Below are positions 39,923-49,502 of a stretch of DNA of 64,000 bases, piece after piece; position 1 is the first letter of the stretch, and each line of letters begins with the position of its first letter. The translations under genes were made by a program, and so were the position numbers. The stretch is from a virus, in the IMG/VR virus record IMGVR_UViG_3300014208_000004, positions 1 to 64,000 of that record, one strand, 5' to 3'. Under the pieces are notes generated by a model. That model worked only from the letters and a program-made list of their open reading frames with translations. It was not told the origin of the DNA and searched no databases.

Positions 39923-40415
39923 ATTCAAAGACCCAATCCAACAACTACTTTGGAACTTATTGGAAGAAAAAGTAGAGGTGTATGGAAAATCAAAGATACA
40001 CACGGTTCTAAAAGAGTTTCTTAAAAAAGATAAAGCCGATCGTACACCGAAGATTGAACATGAAGACCTTTCAGCACTAGAGAAGGAAGCCGACAGCGTA
40101 TTTGCAAAAAAGATAATTAAAAGGGACAAGGTTTGTGTAACTTGCAAGACCGATAAGAAATTGACATGCTCCCATTTCTTCAAACGCGGACGGCAGTTGA
40201 TACGATTCGATGAGCAGAATTGTAATTGCCAGTGTGAAAGTTGTAATAGTCTTCACAATGATAATAAAGAACCATATACAACTTGGATGCGATTAACTTA
40301 CGGACAGGAAGTTATAGACGATCTTGAAATGAAGTCCAGACAATTAAAATCTTGGACTGCAGATGAATATAGGGCAATCATTGCAAAGTATAGCATATCA
40401 AAAACAAGACTATGA
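39912..40415 (+). CDS. ninG: NinG/Rap-like recombination endonuclease
   Basis: RDKVCVTC, CSHFFKRG, RFDEQNCNCQCESCN and YG motifs. Confidence 0.8.
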   Translation: MSNKFKDPIQQLLWNLLEEKVEVYGKSKIHTVLKEFLKKDKADRTPKIEHEDLSALEKEADSVFAKKIIKRDKVCVTCKTDKKLTCSHFFKRGRQLIRFDEQNCNCQCESCNSLHNDNKEPYTTWMRLTYGQEVIDDLEMKSRQLKSWTADEYRAIIAKYSISKTRL

Positions 40416-40771
40416 CTAAATCTAAAAATAAAAGAACCAACTTTCGATTAACAGAAAAAACGTTTATATTCTTGCAGTTATTTAATGGAAACGATTCATT
40501 GTTAATGGACAATATTCCAGATCGTCACAACAAAATAGTAATGATGCAGTGGTTACGGAGAGACGGAATAATAACCGTAGAAAGAGCAAACAATCTTTCA
40601 CCAAACAGCAAAATAACAAAAGTATTTTTGACTAATAAAGGTAAAGAACAATTTTTAGAATATTTTGAAAGGAAAGCCCGTGAGCAAAACTCAGTTAGAA
40701 GAAATCGAAAATCTAAAGATAAGACTCAAAGAGGCCGAAACAGTTATCCAGAAAATCAGTCAAATCTATGA
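40412..40771 (+). CDS. Hypothetical protein (wHTH-like)
   Basis: LRRDGII and VFLTNKGKE motifs. Confidence 0.45.
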   Translation: MTKSKNKRTNFRLTEKTFIFLQLFNGNDSLLMDNIPDRHNKIVMMQWLRRDGIITVERANNLSPNSKITKVFLTNKGKEQFLEYFERKAREQNSVRRNRKSKDKTQRGRNSYPENQSNL

Positions 40772-40895
40772 AGTCAATAAAACCTTATCCGAAGACCAAC
40801 CGGAGACACCAGAAGGAAACGCATTACTCCATGTTGTAACATTATCAAGAAAATATCTTAATCCAGCCCCGATACAAAATTTGAAAAATGAATAA
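40665..40895 (+). CDS. Hypothetical protein
   Basis: Short coiled-coil ORF; start uncertain. Confidence 0.35.
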   Translation: MKGKPVSKTQLEEIENLKIRLKEAETVIQKISQIYEVNKTLSEDQPETPEGNALLHVVTLSRKYLNPAPIQNLKNE

Positions 40896-40943
40896 AATTG
40901 CGTAATTTTGAACAATAGAAATACAATTAAAAAGGAAAATATA

Positions 40944-41228
40944 ATGGAAACGCAAACCCCGGTTCAAAAAGAAAAAAAAGCGAAAGAAACAGTAGAAGCC
41001 ACAATCCGAAATATAGTTTCATTACTTGTCGATAAAGAATTCCAGATATTTTCCCGTGATAACCATGAGAACAACGGAATTGTATTGACAGTGAAAGCAG
41101 AAAAAAAAGACTACGGTAAAGTTGTGGGTAAAGAAGGACATACCGCAAACTCAATCCGTAATATTCTTTCAAGCGTAGGAGCAAAACACGGATTCCGCAT
41201 CCAATTAGAAGTGCAAGAAAAAGAATAA
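40944..41228 (+). CDS. khpA: KH-domain RNA-binding protein, KhpA/UPF0109 family
   Basis: IVSLLVD and DYGKVVGKEGHTANSIRNIL...RIQLEV with a GxxG loop; upstream TTGCGT-18-TACAAT. Confidence 0.85.
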   Translation: METQTPVQKEKKAKETVEATIRNIVSLLVDKEFQIFSRDNHENNGIVLTVKAEKKDYGKVVGKEGHTANSIRNILSSVGAKHGFRIQLEVQEKE

Positions 41229-41245
41229 TCGGATTGCAAAATACA

Positions 41246-41989
41246 ATGACAGAACAAACAGAAAAAATACCAGCCCGTCACAGAAGCCTTGACCAAAATC
41301 AAAAAATTCAATTCCGTAAAATGGTAGAGGCTGGGAAGCCTGAAACAACCATTGCAAAATACTTTCAAATAACAGTAAGGAACGTTCAGAAGCGAATTAA
41401 GGCTATGGGATTGACCCCAAAGGTGAACGAGGAGATAAAGAAAGATATTGTCTCAAAGGTAAAAGAACTGAAGGCAGCCGAGGCATTTTCAAAAGCAAGC
41501 AAGATAACTCAAGATAATTATGACCTAGTACAAAACTTATTTAATAATCTTGCTACTCTTAATGGATTAATAGAATTAAATAAAAACAGAATTATCCTTG
41601 CAGAGAAAATGCGAGGAAAGAATAAAGATGATAGAAAACATCAGGAATTTTTACTCAAAACAATATCTGAAATTAATAAGACCGCAGAAACCTTAGTTGA
41701 CCTTAGAAAGCAATTGTTGAGTGATGAAGAAATAAGGATATTCAAAGATGCAGTCATGTTATGGATAGAGAATAAAAATCCCGAATTCAAAAAAGAGTTA
41801 ATCAATGCAATCAACAGTATTCGATTTAGCAGACAACTTAACGGAATCAATAGCCGCAACTATTCCACAGGACAACCAGAGCTCTCAGCCCACCCAGCCA
41901 ATCCTACTTCTAGACAAGGAATCACAGTTTTGGAAGAAGAAGGAGTTTTGGAAGGACGGGAACCCAGTGGACATTATAGAATTTTGTGA
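41246..41989 (+). CDS. Terminase small subunit (putative)
   Basis: N-terminal HTH (IAKYFQITVRNVQKRIK); overlaps the large subunit. Confidence 0.55.
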   Translation: MTEQTEKIPARHRSLDQNQKIQFRKMVEAGKPETTIAKYFQITVRNVQKRIKAMGLTPKVNEEIKKDIVSKVKELKAAEAFSKASKITQDNYDLVQNLFNNLATLNGLIELNKNRIILAEKMRGKNKDDRKHQEFLLKTISEINKTAETLVDLRKQLLSDEEIRIFKDAVMLWIENKNPEFKKELINAINSIRFSRQLNGINSRNYSTGQPELSAHPANPTSRQGITVLEEEGVLEGREPSGHYRIL

Positions 41990-43832
41990 AATCAAAATTG
42001 GTATATTCCCTTCCCCAGTTCAAAAAGAAATACTTTACAAACTTGCCGGACGAGATCCATACGAATGGGATACTGAGTATCAACAGTATATCATTGCGGT
42101 AGGACAAGGAGGAGGGAAAAATAAATATATCATTGCACCGTTCACCGCATACACAGCCTACAAGATAGCCAATATGAAAGACCCTTGGATGTATTTTTCA
42201 AGGTTCACCAACGAGAAGATTGACCGATCAACAAAATTTGAAATTACAAACAGTTCCCTAGTCAACGCGGATCAAGCAGAGACGGTTCACTTTGACAATA
42301 TGAAGTCATTACTCAGGAGAGTAAAAGACCCGGACGGCCAGAATTGGTTTGAGAAATATGCAGGGATGAATATGAATGATAGTTTTGGAGATATTAAAAC
42401 CGGAACGATTAGTATTCCCACACATATAGGATGTGGAGATATTATCATGTATTCATTCGATAGCACACCAACAGCCCCAGAAGGTAAAAGTATTATTCTA
42501 GGAATAGTTGACGAGCCAAGCCGAGCCGAGACCAAGGCCACATTCAAAAAAGCAAAACAATTATGGAATGTTATTTCAGGAAACCTAAACACACGGTTTG
42601 GAAGAAATGTAGGAAAGCAAATTGCACTTTCATATCTCAATAATTCCGAATATGATTTAACATATCATTTATTGCAGCAAGCCGAGGAGGAAGATAAATT
42701 ATTCAAAGGCACTGCAAATAAATCTATAATGTATGCAGTAAACTATTCCACGTTTGACGTAAATCCAAATGCATCTAAAACCGATCCAGCAGTTGCAAAG
42801 ATGTATAGAAACGATTTATCAGATGCACAAGCAAGATACGAAGGAGTAAAAGGAACGGCCAAAGAAGGATTTTTCCAACCATATCCCCAAAAGATCAGAG
42901 AATGTTATTTTGACATTGAAAGTCCGGTAAAATATAAATATGGAGTTACAGCCCGACAAGTTACCAATCCAAGAACAGAACAAGTACAAATAAATAAATT
43001 TGTAAAAATAGATTTTGAATCTATCAAAGGAGATAATAAAATCCGTGGATGGGCATACGATCCAGCCGAAAAGTACGATGGATTTGTTCTTAAAGGTGGA
43101 TACATTGAAACAATGGATGAAATGAAAGATGAACTCTTTATCGGCAACCGGGAAGAACTTATTGTTATTAACCAACGCCCAATAATTGACATTACTATCA
43201 TTTGGCAGCCACAGAACGGATTAACAGTTGACTTTGAAAATGTTGGAGAAGTACTTGGGATACTCATTAAGAAATTCCCAAACAGTAGATTTGCTTACTC
43301 TGATAAATGGAACAGTATAAGTTTTAGCCAACAATTCCAGAGCAAAGGAATTTTTAGTGAAACATTTGGATTTGGAAACGCCCAGCAATTAAAATATTAT
43401 TCCAAAGTACGATGGATGATGTTTAATAATATTCCGCAATTCGCAAAAAATAATATGTTGCTGAAGAAAAACGGAGTAGAAAAAACAATAGGAGACTGGG
43501 AAATATCTGAATTTGAAAGATTGTTAAAAGAAAATAATCGGGTCGATCATCCAGTTGGAGGCAGCAAGGATCTCTCGGATAGCAATGTAATTCTTATCAA
43601 CGGACTCATTGAACTGCAAGGAGCCGGCACGGTAATGAGTGGAGCAAGTTCATTGACCGATGTAAAGATAACAGCCCTAGTAGACAGATTTATGGTAGAA
43701 CGACAGAAATTACGAAATTTGAAAGTAAACCCCAGTTTATTCTTAAAACTCATTGCGGCCGAGTTAGAGATGAATATGAAAGACATCCAGACCCTTGCAG
43801 ACCACGTAAATCAATACTTCCCAAATACTTGA
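41805..43832 (+). CDS. terL: Terminase large subunit
   Basis: VGQGGGKN Walker A, GIVDEPSR Walker B, nuclease motifs AYDPAEKYDGF and VDHPVGGSKDLSD. Confidence 0.85.
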   Translation: MQSTVFDLADNLTESIAATIPQDNQSSQPTQPILLLDKESQFWKKKEFWKDGNPVDIIEFCEIKIGIFPSPVQKEILYKLAGRDPYEWDTEYQQYIIAVGQGGGKNKYIIAPFTAYTAYKIANMKDPWMYFSRFTNEKIDRSTKFEITNSSLVNADQAETVHFDNMKSLLRRVKDPDGQNWFEKYAGMNMNDSFGDIKTGTISIPTHIGCGDIIMYSFDSTPTAPEGKSIILGIVDEPSRAETKATFKKAKQLWNVISGNLNTRFGRNVGKQIALSYLNNSEYDLTYHLLQQAEEEDKLFKGTANKSIMYAVNYSTFDVNPNASKTDPAVAKMYRNDLSDAQARYEGVKGTAKEGFFQPYPQKIRECYFDIESPVKYKYGVTARQVTNPRTEQVQINKFVKIDFESIKGDNKIRGWAYDPAEKYDGFVLKGGYIETMDEMKDELFIGNREELIVINQRPIIDITIIWQPQNGLTVDFENVGEVLGILIKKFPNSRFAYSDKWNSISFSQQFQSKGIFSETFGFGNAQQLKYYSKVRWMMFNNIPQFAKNNMLLKKNGVEKTIGDWEISEFERLLKENNRVDHPVGGSKDLSDSNVILINGLIELQGAGTVMSGASSLTDVKITALVDRFMVERQKLRNLKVNPSLFLKLIAAELEMNMKDIQTLADHVNQYFPNT

Positions 43833-43842
43833 AAATTAACAC

Positions 43843-43872
43843 TTGACAGTATATAAGATATTTAGGTATATT
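43843..43872 (+). promoter_or_regulatory. Repeated promoter family, divergent copy
   Basis: TTGACA-gtatATAAGATAtttagg-TATATT (18 bp spacer). Confidence 0.75.
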
Positions 43873-43908
43873 CCAGTAGATAGAAATCACAACGATAGAG
43901 AATAGCTA

Positions 43909-44091
43909 ATGGCAAGATCAACAAAAATTCAATACCTTCAAAACGAATACAAACGGGAAATTACTCTTTGTCAAATAAGAATTGATGAAGAAAAAAGTAA
44001 TGGAATAATGATTTTAACAGAAGTTGAAAAAGCAAAAATAGAACTTTATCAACAACTGATTAAAGACATTGACAAACTCAAAACACAATAA
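43909..44091 (+). CDS. Hypothetical protein
   Basis: First ORF after the promoter. Confidence 0.5.
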   Translation: MARSTKIQYLQNEYKREITLCQIRIDEEKSNGIMILTEVEKAKIELYQQLIKDIDKLKTQ

Positions 44092-44105
44092 CAGGAGACA
44101 TACAG

Positions 44106-44510
44106 ATGACAGACAGAGGATCACAATCAGCATTCCCCTCAGATGGAAGCGGAATAACAATCCGAGAGTATTTTGCGGCACAAGCACCCAAAGTTCCTGA
44201 TTTTTTTGTTCCAAAAGTTTCACCTTGTCCACCAACCGGAGAAACTATTTATCAATATGTAGCCAAAAATAGACTGTCGGAATATACTGCTAAGTATTAT
44301 AGTTGGGAAGATGATGAATGGCATGATGATAAAAACGAAGTTCCAGAGAAGGTAAAGCAAAATATAAAAAATGTTCAAGAGGCTTTCAAATTAAGGAAAG
44401 CTGAAATTGAAAAATGGAACATGATGTATGAAATGCAAAAAGTTGTTCAGTGGGCATATTTTTACGCCGATCAAATGATATTAGCCGGACAAAAACCAGT
44501 GCAGGAATAA
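44106..44510 (+). CDS. Conserved phage protein (AFP...GITIREYFAAQA...AYFYADQM family)
   Basis: Recognisable motif; RBS AGGAG. Confidence 0.75.
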   Translation: MTDRGSQSAFPSDGSGITIREYFAAQAPKVPDFFVPKVSPCPPTGETIYQYVAKNRLSEYTAKYYSWEDDEWHDDKNEVPEKVKQNIKNVQEAFKLRKAEIEKWNMMYEMQKVVQWAYFYADQMILAGQKPVQE

Positions 44511-44512
44511 AA

Positions 44513-44887
44513 ATGTCACTCCCAGATAAAACAATCATTCAACAACTCTTAAAAGCATACCCGGAATCACGAGACGATGAACACAGACTCTATGAATTAT
44601 ACGTTTCAGCAAAAGGGATGGACGTAGAGAAAGTAAAATTTGCAGTAGTAATATTCAAAATGAAAAAAGGCAAACTATGTTCATTTGAAAGCATTGCGCG
44701 AATGAGAAGAATGATACAGATGAAAGAACCTGCCTTGCGAGGGGAAAATTACGGACACCGGAAAGAGATGGAAAAGAAAGTCAAACGCCAGATGATTGAA
44801 GAAAAACCGATTAACACAGCAATTGTAAATTCAAACATTGACAATAGTATCCGTAGACAAGATACTCCATTATCATTATTCCCATGA
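44513..44887 (+). CDS. Hypothetical protein
   Basis: YPESRDD and ESIARMRRMIQ motifs; ATG 44513 after AGGA. Confidence 0.55.
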   Translation: MSLPDKTIIQQLLKAYPESRDDEHRLYELYVSAKGMDVEKVKFAVVIFKMKKGKLCSFESIARMRRMIQMKEPALRGENYGHRKEMEKKVKRQMIEEKPINTAIVNSNIDNSIRRQDTPLSLFP

Positions 44888-45120
44888 GCAACCTTCTCAC
44901 ATACAAAACAAAATCCGGGAACAAGCGTAATTGTAATAAGCGATGTTACGACAGCAAGAGCAATCATGCTAATTGTAAATGTATCTGCCATGGACACAAT
45001 CATGGACGAGGATTAGATCAAGCAAAAATATTAACCAAAAAATACAAAGATCGATGGATTAAGGCAGAACAAACAAAAGAGGACACTGTCCAGACATCGT
45101 TATTGGATGAATTAAAATAA
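44884..45120 (+). CDS. Small Cys/His-rich putative metal-binding protein
   Basis: CNKRCYDSKSNHANCKCICHGHNHG. Confidence 0.6.
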   Translation: MSNLLTYKTKSGNKRNCNKRCYDSKSNHANCKCICHGHNHGRGLDQAKILTKKYKDRWIKAEQTKEDTVQTSLLDELK

Positions 45121-45121
45121 T

Positions 45122-45466
45122 ATGAAAAAAATAAACAAACCAACGCTTCATGTGGGAGACAAAATAGCTGTTTGTGAACGGGAGATAAAGTTGCCAAATC
45201 TTTTAATGATGGAGGGAATGGAACAATCTGTCTATGAATTATACGCAGAAGAAAACAATCTTAAATTTTGTCAAATATGCAGGACAATATTGTTTACTGG
45301 GAAATTTTCTTTTCTCAATCGGATGGATGCACATACAAGCGTAGTAATTCCAGCAGAATTTGAGCGATCACTCAGCACAACAATCAGTGCAAAGAAAAAA
45401 AAATCTAACAAAATATTTGAAATAGAAAAAGAAGGAGATAATTACAGGGTATGGAGAAGAAAGTAA
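45122..45466 (+). CDS. Hypothetical protein
   Basis: ORF ending YRVWRRK. Confidence 0.5.
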   Translation: MKKINKPTLHVGDKIAVCEREIKLPNLLMMEGMEQSVYELYAEENNLKFCQICRTILFTGKFSFLNRMDAHTSVVIPAEFERSLSTTISAKKKKSNKIFEIEKEGDNYRVWRRK

Positions 45467-45681
45467 GATTTTTTGAAATAGACAAAACAACAGTTCCAAC
45501 CAAGAAATTGCCAATGGTAGAGAATGTTCAATTTCTTGTACCAAAGGGATACAAGAAACTATTCCTTAAATTATGCAAGGAACAAAAAACAAACCCCACA
45601 GACAAGCTCAGGAATTATTATATTGAAGAACTTCAAATGGCAGGGAAACTCAAAACCAACAAAAAAAATAATAAGGAATAA
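45451..45681 (+). CDS. Hypothetical protein (RHH-like)
   Basis: VQFLVPKGYKKLFLKLCKEQKTNPTDKLRNY. Confidence 0.4.
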   Translation: MEKKVRFFEIDKTTVPTKKLPMVENVQFLVPKGYKKLFLKLCKEQKTNPTDKLRNYYIEELQMAGKLKTNKKNNKE

Positions 45682-45687
45682 AGTTTT

Positions 45688-45993
45688 ATGAAAACAACAG
45701 TATTGGGTAATCGCATCATTGTAGAAAAAGAAGAAGGATACAAACCAACCGCCGGAGGATTGCTCTTGAAGACCGATTCCGTATGGAATAAATTTGCAAT
45801 CGGAGAAGTAAAACTTGCAGGAGAAGGAGTATACGATCAGGCCGGATATTTCCGGGAGAACAAAGTAAAAGCGGGGGACATTATTTTATACGATCAATCG
45901 GCAAGGAAACAAATATCAATTGAAGGTAAAGAATATTTTCATATCTTTGAAGGTGATGTTGTGGCAATAGTTGACCCTTTGGATGAAAATTGA
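45688..45993 (+). CDS. groES: Co-chaperonin GroES
   Basis: LGNRIIVE, TAGGLLL, GEVKLAGEG, VKAGDIILY and EGDVVAIV motifs. Confidence 0.9.
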   Translation: MKTTVLGNRIIVEKEEGYKPTAGGLLLKTDSVWNKFAIGEVKLAGEGVYDQAGYFRENKVKAGDIILYDQSARKQISIEGKEYFHIFEGDVVAIVDPLDEN

Positions 45994-46089
45994 CTTTACG
46001 ACCGCTAACTATGCGCGGGTTAAAACGTGCTGACAAAAAACGCTTTAGGGCGTTGGACAATTAACTGAAAATAATTTTATGACTGAAAA

Positions 46090-46203
46090 CAATTTAGGGC
46101 AGGAAAGTTTTTTGGAAGCGAAATAAGTAAAGAGTATTGCGAGATTGCCGAAAAGCGATTAGCACCATACCGAGCGCAGGGAGCGTTGGCGTTGACAACA
46201 TAA
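46090..46203 (+). pseudogene. 3' remnant of an N6/N4 DNA methyltransferase
   Basis: KFFGSEISKEYCEIAEKRL with no upstream coding region. Confidence 0.7.
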
Positions 46204-46328
46204 CGTCTTGTTAATCTGAATTAAGTTTTTACACAATAAAATCAATACGAGAATTATATGATTTCTAAAACTTGGCAAGAACTCTTTAACAGAGAATTGA
46301 AATTTATTGAAACAAAAAGAGCCGCATA

Positions 46329-46619
46329 ATGTCAATTGACCCAAGTAAGGACATATTCGATACACCCGAAAGCATTATTGACTATTGCCAGCGTTATCTT
46401 AGTTTAGTTGAAAAACTTAATCAAGAGAAACTCAAAGATGCAACCCGAACTCCAACGCCCGGACTTATTTGCAAAGAACTTGAGATAACTATGGAACAAT
46501 ATTTGGATCTCAAAGACTTTGCAGAGAACGATTTTGGAGAATGGCACGCTACTCATATTATGATGCAGCCCCATACAAAACTTGGATGGGACGGTAAAGA
46601 AATAAAACCATTAGAGTGA
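46329..46619 (+). CDS. Hypothetical protein
   Basis: ORF with a possible HTH (TPGLICKELEITMEQY). Confidence 0.5.
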   Translation: MSIDPSKDIFDTPESIIDYCQRYLSLVEKLNQEKLKDATRTPTPGLICKELEITMEQYLDLKDFAENDFGEWHATHIMMQPHTKLGWDGKEIKPLE

Positions 46620-46918
46620 TGAACTTACTTGAACATCTTATAAAAAATCCCCAGACGGCAATAGTGCCGAACAATGCGTTAATAGGGAGCCAAGTAGCAT
46701 GGACAATTCAAGAACTTATCCATGTAAGCCCGGCAATGTACGAACTATTAAACGATACCGGGATGGACAATCAAGAATTGTATTTCATTGCCCAGAACAT
46801 TGAAGTAACATTTCCACCAAAGACAACTCTTGTTACACAATTAATAATCTCAAGCATCAATAAGGAACTTCAACAACGATTCAAAAAAATACACGGAGAA
46901 CAGCATGTCACACGGTAA
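46616..46918 (+). CDS. Hypothetical protein
   Basis: Coupled ORF. Confidence 0.5.
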   Translation: MMNLLEHLIKNPQTAIVPNNALIGSQVAWTIQELIHVSPAMYELLNDTGMDNQELYFIAQNIEVTFPPKTTLVTQLIISSINKELQQRFKKIHGEQHVTR

Positions 46919-47465
46919 AGAAGTAATCACAAAAATGAAACAAAAATACTCAGAACAAAAAGCGAAACAGGAGGCACTTGTAAATTTTGCACAGGAAGCC
47001 GTAAGATTTTGGTACCGAGCGAACGAGAGGGTAAAGAAAATTCACAAGAAAACACTCTTTGATATAGTATTTCAACAAACAACGGATGTTTTTCTTGGAA
47101 GAACATCGGTAATCCAATGGCTTTCTATCTCCCCGATTAAAAAATTGCGAAAAATTGCTGTTTGGATATTAAAACGCATGGGTCAGAAAACTATTAATGA
47201 TATCCGGTACGAAAATATTTGTACGTATTTACATGAATTTAACAAATGGCAAATTGAGGCAATCATGGGAGGACAGGTAAAACTTTCCCCGGCACAGATT
47301 GCAGTTGTCATCGGCATCAAAGAAGATGAAGTCAGAAGTATGGTTCAAGAACTTGCAAAAGAGATTGAAGAATTTGAAAAGAAATCCAGCGATGAATTAA
47401 TTGCCAGAGAAAAGGCACGATCAAACCAGCATTCACTTGACAGAACAGTCAATACCCAAAAATAA
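46905..47465 (+). CDS. Hypothetical protein (C-terminal HTH-like)
   Basis: LSPAQIAVVIGIKEDEVRSM; RBS GGAG. Confidence 0.5.
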   Translation: MSHGKEVITKMKQKYSEQKAKQEALVNFAQEAVRFWYRANERVKKIHKKTLFDIVFQQTTDVFLGRTSVIQWLSISPIKKLRKIAVWILKRMGQKTINDIRYENICTYLHEFNKWQIEAIMGGQVKLSPAQIAVVIGIKEDEVRSMVQELAKEIEEFEKKSSDELIAREKARSNQHSLDRTVNTQK

Positions 47466-47471
47466 TCATTT

Positions 47472-47744
47472 ATGCCATCCCCAGAAAGACTTGCTCATTT
47501 ACGGAAACGGGATCAATACTATATGGATCAATACCAGCAAGAACACCCGCAAATAACAAGGTTTAAGTTAAGAGTACAAGCATCCGAAAAAGCACGAGCA
47601 ATACTGAAGAAATGTAAACCCCCAGAACCAACACTGGGGGAAATAGCAAAATTATTTTTCTTTGCCTTAATCAAAAAAATAGGTTACTTTTGTATAAAGA
47701 AACCAACAAAAAGGGTAAAGAAAAATGCCAATAGAAATGGATGA
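47472..47744 (+). CDS. Hypothetical protein
   Basis: Basic ORF before the portal gene. Confidence 0.4.
   Translation: MPSPERLAHLRKRDQYYMDQYQQEHPQITRFKLRVQASEKARAILKKCKPPEPTLGEIAKLFFFALIKKIGYFCIKKPTKRVKKNANRNG
47661..47692 (+). promoter_or_regulatory. Bacteroidota-type primary-sigma promoter upstream of the portal gene
   Basis: TTTG-20 bp-TACTTTTG matches TTTG(N19-21)TAnnTTTG. Confidence 0.45.
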
Positions 47745-49500
47745 AATTCCCGCCGTTACACCGAACAATATCCCGATGGATTATCTTAATAAGATTATCA
47801 AAGCAAACGAACAGCAATCAGCAAAAATTGATGAACTTCTAAAGACCAATCCAAAACTATCAAAAGACTACGAAGAATTTTCCAATAAACAGGCAGCAAA
47901 AAACGCCGAGCAAACCCGCCAAGAACAAAATGACCTAGTATCCATGATATTTGATTCTATTTATGCACCAGGGACAACCTTGGATGATAAAGGATTCAAG
48001 TGGATTGATAACGCAATCGGTAGACGAGTACCATACGGATATTTACGCAAAGCCGGACGAACAGAAGTTCCAAGGATGATAAAAAATCTAAGAAGGTATC
48101 AACTCACAGAGTACGGAGAACTTGCAGCCCGGAAACAATATGGTAAAGAAGTAGGATTTTGCCTAGAATGGATAGACCCGCAATTCAAACCAACCAAGGA
48201 TCAGGAAAAACGCAGAATATTTTTTGAAAAAGAAATTCACTCAAATTTTTTCTATCCGGCCAACGCCAGCATTCCGAGCTTTATACAATTCCTTGGACAA
48301 GCATACGAAGATTATTTTGACTACGATGATATCACTTTCAAAATAATTCGGGATGGAATGAACAACCCCATTGCCTTACAGCTAGAAGACCCGACCATTT
48401 ATAAAGCCACAGTGCCAAAAGTAAAAAATTATTTACGTTATGACCGAGCGTTTCTGCAGGACGTAACGGAAAAGCTTCCATTAGAATCAGAGCCGTTAGA
48501 GTATGATTATATTTTACGATTTGACGGCCAGACCAAACAAGCATTCACACGAGACAATCTTTATAAATCTCATTTTTTTGTCCAGACCGATTCAGCCATG
48601 TATAAAACAGGCTTTTCGATCATGGAACAAGCAATCAATACTCTTTCCATAATCTTAAATGCAACTGCATTCAATGCAAGCAATTTTTCAAACAACAGAA
48701 CACCTACTGGACTACTTGCAATTACAGGAGGAGTAACAAACCAATTGCAAATTGAGAAGTTAAAAAAACTTTTCTGGGCACAAATGACAGGAGCAAGTAG
48801 CCAGCATAAAATTCCAATAGTAGGACTTCCAGAAAAAGGAGATGCAAAATGGGTATCAGTCCATGGCACTGCAAAGGAGATGGAATTCTATGTAGGACTT
48901 ACTTTATTCTATTCAATCGTATACGCATTATCCGGGACAGACCCGAATGAATCAAGCCTTGCAAACTTTCACGATACTCAGAAGACAGGAGGATTGACCG
49001 AGGAGAACAAGGATGGAATATATCGAAAATCAAAAGATACAGGGCTAGTAACATTCACGGCCTATGTAAAAGGAATGCTAAATATTCCAATGACAGATGG
49101 ATCAACAATTTGGGAACAAGCAACCGGACTCCCGGTAAGAATTGGTATCAAAGGTATTGCTGAAGAAAACATGGATGCAAAGATGAAAGTCAATGCACAG
49201 CGATTGAAAGTTGATGCAAGCTACAACGAAATCCGAAAAGAGAATGGCCAGCCAGAAGAAGAATATCTTGTTGAAACACCAAACGGAAAAATAAATATTT
49301 ATGATGTTGTAGGATTAGTAGACCAATCAATAAATAGCTTTATTAAAGCAGATGTTCAAGCCGTTCAACAAGAAAAACAGCAACAACAAGCAATGGAGCA
49401 ACAGCAACTTGCAGCAGAGCAACAGGCAAACGCAGAACAAGAACAATATTCCGCAGAAGACGAATCTCTCATTCAACAATATGGGTCACCACAAGAATAG
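47725..49500 (+). CDS. Portal protein (SPO1/Twort-like)
   Basis: DYFDYDDITF, DPTI, GFSIMEQA, FNASNFSNNRTPTGLL, HKIPIV, KEMEF and SKDTGL motifs. Confidence 0.85.
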   Translation: MPIEMDEIPAVTPNNIPMDYLNKIIKANEQQSAKIDELLKTNPKLSKDYEEFSNKQAAKNAEQTRQEQNDLVSMIFDSIYAPGTTLDDKGFKWIDNAIGRRVPYGYLRKAGRTEVPRMIKNLRRYQLTEYGELAARKQYGKEVGFCLEWIDPQFKPTKDQEKRRIFFEKEIHSNFFYPANASIPSFIQFLGQAYEDYFDYDDITFKIIRDGMNNPIALQLEDPTIYKATVPKVKNYLRYDRAFLQDVTEKLPLESEPLEYDYILRFDGQTKQAFTRDNLYKSHFFVQTDSAMYKTGFSIMEQAINTLSIILNATAFNASNFSNNRTPTGLLAITGGVTNQLQIEKLKKLFWAQMTGASSQHKIPIVGLPEKGDAKWVSVHGTAKEMEFYVGLTLFYSIVYALSGTDPNESSLANFHDTQKTGGLTEENKDGIYRKSKDTGLVTFTAYVKGMLNIPMTDGSTIWEQATGLPVRIGIKGIAEENMDAKMKVNAQRLKVDASYNEIRKENGQPEEEYLVETPNGKINIYDVVGLVDQSINSFIKADVQAVQQEKQQQQAMEQQQLAAEQQANAEQEQYSAEDESLIQQYGSPQE

Positions 49501-49502
49501 CC

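Noticed and set aside
49365-49450. CAA/CAG-rich repeat at the portal 3' end
   Set aside because: It is a low-complexity Gln-rich tail, common in portal proteins, not a separate repeat element.
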